Position numbers and translations under genes: made by a program. A DNA stretch of 64,000 nt from Candidatus Altimarinota bacterium. Its GTDB lineage: Bacteria > Patescibacteriota > Gracilibacteria > CAIRYL01 > GCA-016699755. Shown here piece by piece: positions 10,831 through 21,343 of this stretch. Under the pieces are notes generated by a model. That model was not told the DNA's origin, searched no databases, and was given only the letters and a program-made list of their open reading frames with translations. Every line of letters starts with the position of its first letter. Within the stretch, counting starts at the first letter, position 1. Location: positions 672,001-736,000 of the forward strand of contig OY760935.1 of assembly GCA_963664295.1 (NCBI GenBank). The letters run 5' to 3'.

Positions 10831-11750
10831 TGGTTTGTGAAAGTTAGCCAGTGAAGATATTTTTCATCTTCACCATGAACAATATTCATAAATTTTTCTC
10901 TTAACATTGAAGTTATTTTCCCTTCTTTGCCATCTGCGATTTTATTGTCATCAAGCTCAGAAATAGCAGAAATTTCCGCTGCAGTACCAGTAAAAAACAA
11001 TTCATCAGCAGAATAAGCCTCTTCTAGAGTGATTGATTTTTCTGTAATTTCAATACCTTCATTTTTAGCAAGCTCAAAAATAGAAGCACGAGTAATGCCT
11101 TTTAAAATTTTACCCAAAGGTGGGGTGTATATTTTTCCGTCTTTTACCATAAAGAAATTTTCCCCTGGACCCTCGGCAATATTACCTTCAAAGTCAAGCA
11201 AAAGCGCTTCATGGTAACCTTTTTTATGCACCTCTAAGCTTGCCAAAATTGAATTAACATAATGACCGGCAATTTTTGCATCTGCTACTGTGCTTTGTGG
11301 ATGAATACGAATGTATTTCGAAGTTTTTACTCGTAATTGTTCATCACCAAGATATTTACCCCAAGGCCAACAAGCAATAGCAACATCAACAGGCGCACCA
11401 GTTGGATTTAGTCCCATTTTTCCAGCTCCATAAAAAGCAACCGGACGAATATAGCCATCAGAAACATTATTTTTATTTATCAAATCAATTTGCGCTTTAT
11501 TTAATTCATCTTTTTCATAAGGCAAATCCATTGCCAAGGCACTGGCAGAATAAAAAAATCTATCTGTGTGCTCTTTTAGTCTAAATATAGCTGGACCCTT
11601 TTTTGTATCATAAAAACGCACTCCTTCAAAAAGCCCACTACCATAGTGCAAGCCATGACTTAAAATATGCACTTGAGCATCTTCCCAAGCCACAAATTCA
11701 CCATTAACCCAAATATAATCTGTGGTATCCATTGTCCAGTTTATCTTCAT
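10827..11750 (-). CDS. ilvE: Branched-chain amino acid aminotransferase (start may be 11732)
   Basis: LHYGSGLFEG.R, AKIAGHYVNS, EGPGENFF, GITR, FFTGTAAEI. Confidence 0.96.
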   Translation of the reverse strand: MKINWTMDTTDYIWVNGEFVAWEDAQVHILSHGLHYGSGLFEGVRFYDTKKGPAIFRLKEHTDRFFYSASALAMDLPYEKDELNKAQIDLINKNNVSDGYIRPVAFYGAGKMGLNPTGAPVDVAIACWPWGKYLGDEQLRVKTSKYIRIHPQSTVADAKIAGHYVNSILASLEVHKKGYHEALLLDFEGNIAEGPGENFFMVKDGKIYTPPLGKILKGITRASIFELAKNEGIEITEKSITLEEAYSADELFFTGTAAEISAISELDDNKIADGKEGKITSMLREKFMNIVHGEDEKYLHWLTFTNQ

Positions 11751-11815
11751 TTTACTTTTAAAAATTCCTGTTTATTTTTTCATATAGCAAAATTTTGAGC
11801 AAGGTTTTTCAGCTT

Positions 11816-13222
11816 CTAAAAGCCCATTTCTTTACGCAAATAATTAATACTACGCCAAAACGCAGGGTCTGTTTTCTTTTTGGCTTCCACTCGCTTAATA
11901 GAATTCATTACGCTTGTGTGGTCTCTGCCACCAAAAAAATCTCCTATTTTTTTGAGCGGTAATTTTAAATATTTTTTACAAAAAAACATGGCAACCTGTC
12001 GAGGAACAAGAAACTCTCTTGCTCTACTTGAGCCAATAACCTCCCTCTTGGTGACAGAATAATGACTTGCAACATGCTCAACCAAATCATTCATATCACG
12101 AGAATAGGCTGGTAATTCCTCTGGATGATCAGAGTTTATGCGCATATCTTTATTTACTCTACCAATAATTTCAGAAACTGATTTTTTAGTTGGATAATCA
12201 CCTTCTATGTCTATTTTTGCTACTATTTGCGTTAAAATTCCTTCCATTTCGCGAATGGAATGATGAATATTTTCAGAAATAAAGCTCAAAATATCCATAT
12301 CTAAAACAACACCAAGCTCCTGGGCTTTTTGTTGTAAAATAGCCACCCTGGTTTCAAAAGCAGGTAAATATAAATCAGCAATCATGCCCATTGAAAAGCG
12401 CGAAACCAGCCTTTTTGACATATCTTTTAATTCTGATGGGGGTTTATCGGAAGAAAGTATAATTTGTTTACCGGCATCAAAAAGATCATTAAAAAGATGA
12501 AAAAAAGCCTCCTCTGTGCGCTCTTTACCAGCTATAAACTGAATATCATCAATAATAAAAACATCTGCTTTGCGCCATTTATCACGAAAACGATCTCCTT
12601 TTTGATTACGAATCATTTCAATAAATTCTGCGAAAAAATTCTCCGCAGAAACAAAAGCAACAGCTTTGCTCGGATTAGATCGTAAGATCTCATTGCCTAT
12701 CCCTTGCAAAAGATGAGTTTTTCCTAAGCCAACTCCACCATATATAAAAAGTGGGTTATATTTTCTGCCTGGTGCTTGTGCAACTGCTTCAGCAGCTGCA
12801 TGAGCAAGGCGATTTTCCGGACCAACAACATAGTTTTGCAAAGTAAAACGAGGGTTCAACATTCTTGAAAGAATACTGCCTCTTATTTTAACTTCAGAAA
12901 CTTTTGGCAATTTTCTGGTCTTTTTTTCTTGTGGAAATACAGTTAATAAATCCAAAACCCTAGGATCTTCCTTGTTTTCCAGTCTTCCATCAACCAAAAA
13001 TTCAACCTTACGCACTTCCGGTCGATATCCTTGAGCTACTTTGACAATTTTTGTGCGAGAATTTTTTTCATGCCAATTCACAAAAATCTGTCTTGGTAAA
13101 CCAACAACCATAGTTTGTCCGTTAATATCAATAACACAACTACCCTGAAACCAAGTAATTAAATGAGGACGAGAAATGTCATCCGAAAGCCCGACTAAAA
13201 CTTTTTTCCAAAGTTCTTTCAT
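11816..13222 (-). CDS. dnaA: Chromosomal replication initiator DnaA
   Basis: YNPLFIYGGVGLGKTHL, IDDIQF, RLVSRF, FGGRDHTSV. Confidence 0.96.
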   Translation of the reverse strand: MKELWKKVLVGLSDDISRPHLITWFQGSCVIDINGQTMVVGLPRQIFVNWHEKNSRTKIVKVAQGYRPEVRKVEFLVDGRLENKEDPRVLDLLTVFPQEKKTRKLPKVSEVKIRGSILSRMLNPRFTLQNYVVGPENRLAHAAAEAVAQAPGRKYNPLFIYGGVGLGKTHLLQGIGNEILRSNPSKAVAFVSAENFFAEFIEMIRNQKGDRFRDKWRKADVFIIDDIQFIAGKERTEEAFFHLFNDLFDAGKQIILSSDKPPSELKDMSKRLVSRFSMGMIADLYLPAFETRVAILQQKAQELGVVLDMDILSFISENIHHSIREMEGILTQIVAKIDIEGDYPTKKSVSEIIGRVNKDMRINSDHPEELPAYSRDMNDLVEHVASHYSVTKREVIGSSRAREFLVPRQVAMFFCKKYLKLPLKKIGDFFGGRDHTSVMNSIKRVEAKKKTDPAFWRSINYLRKEMGF

Positions 13223-14136
13223 AAAATATCGTCGCAGGATTTTTTAAGATACAAAAAAACAGAGTTTGAAGCAATAGCTCCCTCTGCAACCGCAGTTGCC
13301 ACCTGATGAAAATGATTAGAACCATCACTCACATCGCCAGCAGAAAAAACACCAGGAACAGTTGTTTCCATGCCTTTATCAACTTTGATAAATCCATCTT
13401 TATCTATCTCCGCTCCTAATTCTTTGGCAAGTGCATTTTCCGGCTCAAAACCAACTAAAACAAAAACTCCATCTACTTTTAAGTCATTACCAGTGCTTAA
13501 TTTTACTCCTTCTAATTTTTCTTCTCCTAAAAATTCTTCCACCTCTGTTTCATATAAAAACTCAACATTTTTATAAGTTTTTAATTTCTCAAGCCAAAAA
13601 GCTTCACAGCGAGTAAAGTTCTTGCGAATAATCATATAAACCTTTTCGCAAATCTCGCCAAGAAAAATAGCCGCAGTAATAGCAGAGTCACCTCCACCAA
13701 CAATAGCCACTGTTTTGTCTTTGAAGAAAAAACCATCACAAGTGGCACAATAGCTCACTCCTCTGCCAAAAAAACGCTTTTCCGAAGGCAATCCAAGCTT
13801 TCTATGCTTTGAGCCAGTAGCAATAATTACAGATTTTGCCTCATATTTTTCTGAGCTCATTGTTTCAAGCTTAAAAACATCACCTTCTTTTTTAATACTA
13901 GTCACCATATCGGTTTTCATTGGTACATCATAACTTTCTGCGTGTTCTTTGAATTTTTTTGCCAATTCATTGCCACGAATTTTTTCAAATCCAAGATAAT
14001 TTTCAATTTCATATGCCATAGAACAAGTGCCCCCAGCATGAGCGCCAATCATCATTGTGTCTATTTTTGAGCGAGCAGCATAAACAGCAGAGCTAAAGCC
14101 TGCTGCGCCTGTACCTACAATTACTAAATCGTGCAT
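13219..14136 (-). CDS. trxB: Thioredoxin-disulfide reductase
   Basis: GTGAAG, GVSYCATCDG, VGGGDSA, GVFSAGD. Confidence 0.93.
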   Translation of the reverse strand: MHDLVIVGTGAAGFSSAVYAARSKIDTMMIGAHAGGTCSMAYEIENYLGFEKIRGNELAKKFKEHAESYDVPMKTDMVTSIKKEGDVFKLETMSSEKYEAKSVIIATGSKHRKLGLPSEKRFFGRGVSYCATCDGFFFKDKTVAIVGGGDSAITAAIFLGEICEKVYMIIRKNFTRCEAFWLEKLKTYKNVEFLYETEVEEFLGEEKLEGVKLSTGNDLKVDGVFVLVGFEPENALAKELGAEIDKDGFIKVDKGMETTVPGVFSAGDVSDGSNHFHQVATAVAEGAIASNSVFLYLKKSCDDIL

Positions 14137-14211
14137 AAACTAAAAAAATGCAGGATTTATTCTGCACTTTTTTCGCTCAAATATCAAGAAATTAGCTAAT
14201 AATATATTTGT

Positions 14212-15330
14212 TTAATTTTCCTGCTCCCATGCATTAATAATATTAGCAATACCATCACCTGAAAATACTTCATAAGCTGAACCATCTCCACCGTCTATTA
14301 AAGTCGCTCCATTATTTACTTGAACTTCTGCATTACCTCTATTGGCAACAAATTGTTCACCTCTCTCAGTTGCAACTTGTGCAAGAAAAAGATCTGCCTC
14401 TTCTTGTCCTTTTGCGCCAGAAGCAGAAGCAACAAGAGTATCTACTTCTGTTATATTTAAATCATCACCAACTCCTCCTGATCTAACAAAAGCAAGTAAG
14501 CCACCACGATTAACTTTTCCTCCTGCTTCTTCCATTGCCTGCACAATAGGATACAAATTATTTAAATCTAATTCTGCACCATTTTCAGCAATAATATGCA
14601 TAAGATCATTTTGGCTTAACCCACCATTTAAATTTAACATTGCAAGCATTTGAGCTTGTCCATCCGCTTTTGTATAATGATCTTTTTCCGCCTGCACATA
14701 ATTCTCTGAAGCCTTTTGAGCACTCATTTTTGCAAACTCTAATTCAACCATCGCATTTGACTGATCTTGCCAAGAATACAAAAGACATAAAGCCATAACA
14801 AGCACTAATGCAGTCGCTGTTGATTGTATAGCACCATTTAAGCTTACCTCCTTGCCTAAAGCATCTCTTACTTGACCAACAATATCCTTGCTCTGCTCTA
14901 TAAATTCTTTTGCTTCTGGTGGTAATTTCGCTAATAATTTATCCAACTTACTTCTTTGTAAGCTTTCTGGTAATCCTTTTGCATGATCCTGCATAGATGA
15001 TTCCACTGAAACTAAAGATGATTTTTTTGTTGGCTCTGGTTTTGATTTTTTTGATTTTAAACCCCTAACAACTCCTCCAATAGTTTCTTTAATTTTTGCC
15101 ATTGTACTGTCTTGGACTTTTACAAACTTTGCCCCTGTCTGAGCCTCAGCACAAACACCTTCAGACGAAGGAGAAAATCTCATTTTATTCAAAACAGCCT
15201 CTTGACTAAATGGTGTCCCGTTGGCCTTTTCATATTCTTGCAATCTTTTGCCCCACTCGTCAGCAGTTAAACGCCTATTATCTGGTCTACGCTTAATTTT
15301 TTCACCTCCGTCTTTTATTATGCTTACCAT
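14212..15330 (-). CDS. Hypothetical protein with one internal TM helix
   Basis: 372-aa open frame; hydrophobic ATALVLVMALCLLYSW; no recognised motif. Confidence 0.7.
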   Translation of the reverse strand: MVSIIKDGGEKIKRRPDNRRLTADEWGKRLQEYEKANGTPFSQEAVLNKMRFSPSSEGVCAEAQTGAKFVKVQDSTMAKIKETIGGVVRGLKSKKSKPEPTKKSSLVSVESSMQDHAKGLPESLQRSKLDKLLAKLPPEAKEFIEQSKDIVGQVRDALGKEVSLNGAIQSTATALVLVMALCLLYSWQDQSNAMVELEFAKMSAQKASENYVQAEKDHYTKADGQAQMLAMLNLNGGLSQNDLMHIIAENGAELDLNNLYPIVQAMEEAGGKVNRGGLLAFVRSGGVGDDLNITEVDTLVASASGAKGQEEADLFLAQVATERGEQFVANRGNAEVQVNNGATLIDGGDGSAYEVFSGDGIANIINAWEQEN

Positions 15331-15440
15331 TTTTCAGGGGATTAAATTTTAAAAGATATTTTACAAATGTGTAGATTTGTTTTTATTATAAAATTTTGAT
15401 TTTGTCAAGGGTTTTTATAAATTTTTTAAAAAAATTTTTT

Positions 15441-16046
15441 TTATTCTTCTTCATTAATAGCCTTTGCGTCGCTTTCTATAGCCAAATTTCTTTCTATGGA
15501 ATTTACAGCATCTAAAGTGAGCCTACTTGCAATAAATAATTCTCTTCCATATCCATGCTTTCCATCATCTTGTGCTAATGTTGTTTCTACAATTTCATCT
15601 ATTTCTGGCTTATCACCCGCAAAATCAATACTTGCAACATCATCGTCATCTTTTCCGATTAAATTTAACACCGCATTCACCGTCTTAACTCTTGCCTCCT
15701 CTGGATCTGTATTATTTGCAAGCTTAGGCAAAATCAAACCTTTTGTATTCCTTAGTTCTTTTAAAAATTCTTCTATCTGCATCCTGGTTAAATTTTGCTG
15801 TCCATTAGGTATAATATCAACAACATCATAAGGCTCTTTTGTTTCTTGAGTATTATCTTGAAAATACTTATAACCTTCTTTTGCACCCACAGCAACAAGA
15901 GCAATTAATAATATTATCCTACACTTAATAGCTAACCTTATTGGGATTGTTGCCACACGCAACAGTGTTAATTTTTTTTCTGCTTTTCTTCTTGCCTTTA
16001 GTCTCTCTTGAATAGGTGGCAATCCCCCATAAGTATTCATAAGCAC
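15441..16046 (-). CDS. Hypothetical membrane-anchored protein
   Basis: Basic N-terminus then IILLIALVAVG; true start uncertain (ATG near 16040). Confidence 0.65.
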   Translation of the reverse strand: MLMNTYGGLPPIQERLKARRKAEKKLTLLRVATIPIRLAIKCRIILLIALVAVGAKEGYKYFQDNTQETKEPYDVVDIIPNGQQNLTRMQIEEFLKELRNTKGLILPKLANNTDPEEARVKTVNAVLNLIGKDDDDVASIDFAGDKPEIDEIVETTLAQDDGKHGYGRELFIASRLTLDAVNSIERNLAIESDAKAINEEE

Positions 16047-16091
16047 TTTAAAAAGTACTGCACTTTAACCATTTTTTCTTTTTTTTGCAAG

Positions 16092-17366
16092 TTATTTTTT
16101 TGGCTCAATTCTTTTTAGTCCACCAGCAAAAGGCCAAAGAACTTCAGGTATATCCACTGATCCATCTTTATTTTGAAAATTTTCCAAAATAGCAATTAAA
16201 GGACGAGAAGAAACCGCAGTGCCATTAAGAGTATGCGCTGTTTCGATTGTGCCATCTTTTCTGCGTACACGAATATTAAGTCTCCTAGCCTGAAAATCAG
16301 TACAATTTGAAGTACTTGTTAGCTCTCTATATTGATTTTGACCTGGCAACCAAGCTTCTATGTCATATTTTTTTGCTGCACTTCCTCCAAGGTCACCACC
16401 ACAAATATTTACCACTCTATATGGTATTTTAAGTTGATCCATTATGTGTTTTTCCATGTTCAAAATTTCTTCATGCATTTGCCAGCTATCTTCCGGCTTA
16501 GAAATAATCACCATTTCAATTTTTTCAAACTGATGAACACGCAAAATACCTTTCATATCTTTACCATATGTACCCGCCTCTCTACGAAAACAAGGAGAAT
16601 AACCAGCAAAACGCTTTGGCAATTCATCTTCTTCCAAAATTTCGTCCATATGATAAGCAGTAAGAGGAACTTCTGATGTACCAATCAAAAATAAATCATC
16701 TTCACCAGGATTTACTGTATAAATCTGATTTTTATCTGCTGGAAAAAAGCCAGTACCAAACATAGCTTCCTCACGCACCATAAAAGGAGGAATTGTTGGA
16801 CAAAAACCTTTTTTTTGAATTTCTAAAAAAGCCCAATTCATCAAAGCCATTTGCAAAATAGCTAATTCGTGTTTTAAAAAGAAAAAACGAGAACCAGAAA
16901 CCTTTGCAGAACGCTCAATATCAAGAATACCAAGATTTTCAGCCACTTCCCAGTGTTCTTTTGGTTCAAAATCAAATTGTGGAATATCACCTACTTTTTC
17001 AATTTCTATATTATCTTCCTCTTCTAATCCCTCTGGCACGCTCTCATGCGGAGGATTTGGCAATGTGTACATTATTTCATTATATTTTTCTGTTGTTTCT
17101 TCTATTGCTGTTTCTACTGTTTTTAAGTCAACAGAAACCTGTTTCATTTCAGCAAGCACTTTTTCTTTTTCCTCTCCTTGCAATGAAGGAATTTTTTTTG
17201 ACGCTTCATTTTGTTTATTTCTAAGTTCATCTCTTTTTTGCATTGCTTCTCTGCGTTCTTTGTCCACCTCTAAAAGCGAAGTAATAAGTTCAGGATCAAT
17301 ATGTTTCTTTTTTAAGGTTTTTTGAAAATCTTCAGGATTTTCACGAATCTTTTTGATATCAAGCAT
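16092..17366 (-). CDS. serS: Serine--tRNA ligase
   Basis: MLDIKKIRENPE start, GTSEVPL, FRREAG, RVHQFEK, SNCTDFQARR, HTLNGTA. Confidence 0.98.
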   Translation of the reverse strand: MLDIKKIRENPEDFQKTLKKKHIDPELITSLLEVDKERREAMQKRDELRNKQNEASKKIPSLQGEEKEKVLAEMKQVSVDLKTVETAIEETTEKYNEIMYTLPNPPHESVPEGLEEEDNIEIEKVGDIPQFDFEPKEHWEVAENLGILDIERSAKVSGSRFFFLKHELAILQMALMNWAFLEIQKKGFCPTIPPFMVREEAMFGTGFFPADKNQIYTVNPGEDDLFLIGTSEVPLTAYHMDEILEEDELPKRFAGYSPCFRREAGTYGKDMKGILRVHQFEKIEMVIISKPEDSWQMHEEILNMEKHIMDQLKIPYRVVNICGGDLGGSAAKKYDIEAWLPGQNQYRELTSTSNCTDFQARRLNIRVRRKDGTIETAHTLNGTAVSSRPLIAILENFQNKDGSVDIPEVLWPFAGGLKRIEPKK

Positions 17367-17465
17367 GATTTTAAATATAGGTACTTTTAATTTCTCATAA
17401 AAAAAGCCTAATTTCAAATAAATAAAACTTGCTAAAAACCACCTTTTTATGGGAAAATTAAAGTA

Positions 17466-18458
17466 ATGAACAAAGAAATAGAAAAAAAATTAGAACAAAT
17501 CAGAAAAAAAAGAGATTTAAGTATTACTGATCTTTGCTCAATTGACGACTTAAGCAAAAAAGACATTGAGCTTATTTTTGATCTTGCTCAAGAATTTAAA
17601 AAAATAGGCAATAAAAAACTCGATTTATTAAAAAATAAAACCATATTTAACACTTTCTTTGAAAATTCAACTCGCACAAGATCAAGCTTTGAGCTTGCTG
17701 GAAAAACATTGGGTGCAAACACAATCAATATCACAGCAGACACAACCTCGGTCAAAAAAGGAGAAACAATAGTAGATACCGCGCAAACAGTTGATTCTCT
17801 CAATGCTGACGCAATTGTTGTTCGCACTTCTTATGCTGGTATTCCTGCTCAACTAAAAAAACATGTAAACGCTTGCATAGTTAATGCTGGTGAAGGTTGC
17901 CAGGAGCACCCTTCACAAGGCTTATTAGACGGATTTACTATTACTGAGCATTTTGACTCTCTTAAAAATAAAACTGTTTTAGTCATAGGCGACTTGCTCC
18001 ATTCTCGTGTTTTTGGCTCTTTGGGCAGAATTGTGCTCAAACTGGGTGGTAATTTACGAATTTGCGCTCCAGAAACACTAATTCACAAAGATACAAAAAA
18101 AGTTTTCAAAGGAATAAAAATTTTTTCAGATATCAACAAAGCACTTAAGGGAGTTGATGTTGTTTACACTCTTCGTGTACAAACAGAAAGAGGAGCTCAA
18201 GGATATGTTCCAAATTTAAAAGAATTTTCCAAAGCTTTTGGGATAAACGCAGAGCGCTTTGCAATGGCAAATAAAAACGCTATTTTGATGCATCCTGGTC
18301 CTGTTATTCGCAATATTGAAGTTAGCTCAGACCTAGTTGCACACAAAAACTCAAAAATATTAACTCAAGTAAATAATGGCTTAGCTGTTCGCAAAGCTAT
18401 TTTATGGCTGTTAATCGACAGGCGTGATGGAAAAATTAAAAAAATTACCCGAATTTAA
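17466..18458 (+). CDS. pyrB: Aspartate carbamoyltransferase catalytic subunit
   Basis: FFENSTRTRSSFE, HPSQGLLD, MHPGP. Confidence 0.97.
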   Translation: MNKEIEKKLEQIRKKRDLSITDLCSIDDLSKKDIELIFDLAQEFKKIGNKKLDLLKNKTIFNTFFENSTRTRSSFELAGKTLGANTINITADTTSVKKGETIVDTAQTVDSLNADAIVVRTSYAGIPAQLKKHVNACIVNAGEGCQEHPSQGLLDGFTITEHFDSLKNKTVLVIGDLLHSRVFGSLGRIVLKLGGNLRICAPETLIHKDTKKVFKGIKIFSDINKALKGVDVVYTLRVQTERGAQGYVPNLKEFSKAFGINAERFAMANKNAILMHPGPVIRNIEVSSDLVAHKNSKILTQVNNGLAVRKAILWLLIDRRDGKIKKITRI

Positions 18459-18486
18459 TGTATTACTGTACTAATACAGTAATACA
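18459..18486. repeat. Perfect 12-bp inverted repeat TGTATTACTGTA-ctaa-TACAGTAATACA (copy 1)
   Basis: Read directly in the pyrB-pyrC spacer; second copy at 38522-38557. Confidence 0.9.
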
Positions 18487-18494
18487 AAAATAAA

Positions 18495-19775
18495 ATGAAA
18501 AAAATAATTATCACTAACGGCAGAGTTATAGACCCAAAAAACAAACTAGATAAAATAGTTGATATTTTAATTGAAAATGGAAAAATTAAAAAAATAGGAA
18601 AAATAAGTGACTCAAAAACAGAAAAAATTAACGCCAAAGGGCTAATTGTTGCCCCAGGGTTTGTAGATATGCATGTGCACTTGCGCGAACCAGGTGGAGA
18701 AGCAAAAGAAACAATAGAAACAGGATTAAAATCAGCCTTAAAAGGAGGTATTACCTCAGTTTTAGCTATGCCAAACACAAACCCTTTAATAGACAGTCCT
18801 GTTTTGGTTAAATATCAACTTAACAAAGCAAAAGAGCTCAATCTTGCCAACCTTTTTGTTTCCGCCAGGATTACAAAAAATGGTTGCTTGTCAGATATGC
18901 GTCAGCTTCAACTTGCTGGTGCCATTGCTTTAACTGATGATGGCGATGATGTAGAAGATGCAGGCCTATTGCGTCATGCTTTTGAGTGGGCAAAAACATT
19001 TGATTTGCCTATTCTAGTGCACGCAGAAATGACCAGTATTTCCGGGAATGGTGCAATGCATGAAGGGGAAATTTCCAGCAAACTTGGATTAACTGGCATT
19101 CCTCGTTCTGCCGAAGATTTAGCTGTTTACAAGAGCATTCTTCTTGCAGAAGAAATTGGTGCAAAGGTTCATATTACCCATGTTTCCACCTTTGGTGCTG
19201 TAGAAGCAATTCGACAAGCAAAAAAAAGAGGAGCAAAAGTGACAGCAGAAGCCACTCCTCATCATTTTTCTCTAACTCACGAAGAATGTTTAAATTGGAA
19301 TACAAATGCAAAAATGTATCCCCCGCTTCGAGAAGAAAAAGACATAAAAGCAGTTCAAAAAGGGCTCAAAGATGGCACAATCGACGCAATAGCCACTGAT
19401 CATGCACCTCATACCGCAATGGACAAACTTGTCCCTTTTGATGAAGCTACTCGTGGCACTGTCGGCTTAGAAACTTCTTTTGCTGTTGGTAATACATATC
19501 TTGTGCGCAATAAAGCGCTCACTCTCAATGAATTAATCTCAAAAATGACCTATAAGCCAGCAAAAATATTAGGAATTAAAAAAGGAACTTTAAATATTGG
19601 TACTGATGCAGATATAGCTATTATTGACCCAAATAAAAAATGGGTAGTTAATCCTGACAATTTTGAATCAAAAGGCAAAAACAGTGCCTTTGCAAACAAA
19701 ACATTATATGGACAAATTGTGCACACACTCGTTAATGGTGAAATTAAATTAAAAAACAAAAAAATAATTCAATAA
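18495..19775 (+). CDS. pyrC: Dihydroorotase (type I)
   Basis: PGFVDMHVHLREPG, AMPNT, ATDHAPH, GLET. Confidence 0.96.
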   Translation: MKKIIITNGRVIDPKNKLDKIVDILIENGKIKKIGKISDSKTEKINAKGLIVAPGFVDMHVHLREPGGEAKETIETGLKSALKGGITSVLAMPNTNPLIDSPVLVKYQLNKAKELNLANLFVSARITKNGCLSDMRQLQLAGAIALTDDGDDVEDAGLLRHAFEWAKTFDLPILVHAEMTSISGNGAMHEGEISSKLGLTGIPRSAEDLAVYKSILLAEEIGAKVHITHVSTFGAVEAIRQAKKRGAKVTAEATPHHFSLTHEECLNWNTNAKMYPPLREEKDIKAVQKGLKDGTIDAIATDHAPHTAMDKLVPFDEATRGTVGLETSFAVGNTYLVRNKALTLNELISKMTYKPAKILGIKKGTLNIGTDADIAIIDPNKKWVVNPDNFESKGKNSAFANKTLYGQIVHTLVNGEIKLKNKKIIQ

Positions 19776-19844
19776 AAGTCTTTGCTTTGCAAAAAAAACA
19801 AAAGCGTGTAAGAATTTACAGGCTTAAATTTTTAATCGAATATT

Positions 19845-21032
19845 ATGTTTCAGAGATTTTTATCTTATTTTATATTTTTCATGACCCTTTGGTTAATTTT
19901 GGGTTTCTTTTTTGGTCCTGACAAACAAGAAGAAACACAAAATAGTAATTTACCAATCACAATATCAACCAAAGACGAATGGGTACACGGTCAATTAGTC
20001 AATTTTACAATTAAAAATAATACAGATCAGGAAATTGTCTTAGGTGAAACACAAAACCCACCAGAAAATATAACTTTTCAAAATACAGATCCTGCCTCAC
20101 AAGATTTTGTAAATATTGATATCAATAGAGAAAAACTGGAAGAGCCCTTGGTTTTGCCAGCAGGTGAAAAAGTCACACTATCTTATACAGACTGGAATAA
20201 TGAACTTTTTGATAAAACAGGAGATTATAAAATTTGTGTTAATCATGATAACGAAAATTATTGCGAAAAATTTACCCTGGAAAATCCTGGCATTCTAAGA
20301 TCACTTTGGAGGGTTGTCTTTTTTAAGCCAATTTTTAATATTTTAATTTTCTTTGTAAAAATCTTCCCTGGACACAGTCTTGCATTAGCAATTTTGGTTT
20401 TAACCCTAATAATCAAACTTTTACTTATTTCTCCAAGTAAAAAATCTCTTGTACAACAACAAAAAATGCAGGCTCTGCAAGATGAGGTGAATGCCGTTCG
20501 TCAAAAATACTCAGGCGACCAACAAAAAACAGCAGAAGCAACTATGGCAATCTGGAAAAAACATAAGGTAAACCCGTTCTCCTCTTTTATGCCTATGTTT
20601 ATCCAGCTTCCTGTGATGATTGCTTTGTTTTATGTTGTTAAGCAAGGTTTAATGCCACATAATGAAATTTATCTTTGGTCTCCATTGCAGGATTTTTCAC
20701 TTGATCTTGTTTCTAAGGATTTATTAGGAATTCTCGATCTTGGCTCACAAAATGTACTCTGGTTAGCCATTGCTGTTGCTTTATTTCAATTCATTTCCAT
20801 GAAGCTAATTATGGTGATGAAGAAAAACGGCAAAAATAACAAAAAAGACACTAAAAAAGAAGAAAGCTCTGAACAAAAACAAGTTCAAAAAGCCGGACAA
20901 ATTATGATGTATATGATGCCTCTTTTAATTGGCTTCTTCTCTTATTCCATGCCTGCTGCAGTTGGTTTTTATTGGGCTATTTCTACTGTGTTTACTATTG
21001 GGCAACAGTATTATTTAAGTAAACACGCCTAA
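19845..21032 (+). CDS. yidC: Membrane protein insertase YidC/Oxa1
   Basis: LTLIIKLLL.P, KHKVNPF, IQLPVMIALF, PAAVGFYWAISTVFTIGQQ. Confidence 0.92.
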   Translation: MFQRFLSYFIFFMTLWLILGFFFGPDKQEETQNSNLPITISTKDEWVHGQLVNFTIKNNTDQEIVLGETQNPPENITFQNTDPASQDFVNIDINREKLEEPLVLPAGEKVTLSYTDWNNELFDKTGDYKICVNHDNENYCEKFTLENPGILRSLWRVVFFKPIFNILIFFVKIFPGHSLALAILVLTLIIKLLLISPSKKSLVQQQKMQALQDEVNAVRQKYSGDQQKTAEATMAIWKKHKVNPFSSFMPMFIQLPVMIALFYVVKQGLMPHNEIYLWSPLQDFSLDLVSKDLLGILDLGSQNVLWLAIAVALFQFISMKLIMVMKKNGKNNKKDTKKEESSEQKQVQKAGQIMMYMMPLLIGFFSYSMPAAVGFYWAISTVFTIGQQYYLSKHA

Positions 21033-21087
21033 TAATTAATTTCGCCCTTATTTGGCTTCAAGGGGCAAGTTCATAATCTAATCTGCT

Positions 21088-21196
21088 TGTCATTGCGGAC
21101 TTTTTGGGGTGTCATTGTGATGTCATTGTGGGCTACGAACCGCAATCTCGGGAGGGGGAAAAACACACCCTTACTGTCATTCTGAGCGTAATGACA
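21088..21196. repeat. Truncated GTCATT-tagged REP-like repeat cluster (locus 1)
   Basis: TGTCATTGCGGACTTTTTGGGGTGTCATT..., CCGCAATCTC and ACACACCCTTACTGTCATTCTGAGCG are shared with the loci at 37.6, 43.0 and 59.5 kb. Confidence 0.8.
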
Positions 21197-21343
21197 AAAC
21201 AAAAGTACTCTCTCAAAATCACAGAGGAAAAACGAACTTGAGATACCAAAAAAAGGGAGTCAGGATAAAAAAATAAAAGTCTCATTCAAAACAAGTCTCA
21301 TCACAAAAACAACAACAAGATCAAACCTCGCAACAAGAAAAAA

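Noticed and set aside
11751-11815. oriC next to dnaA
   Set aside because: Only a 65-bp spacer with no recognisable DnaA boxes; the upstream side overlaps trxB.
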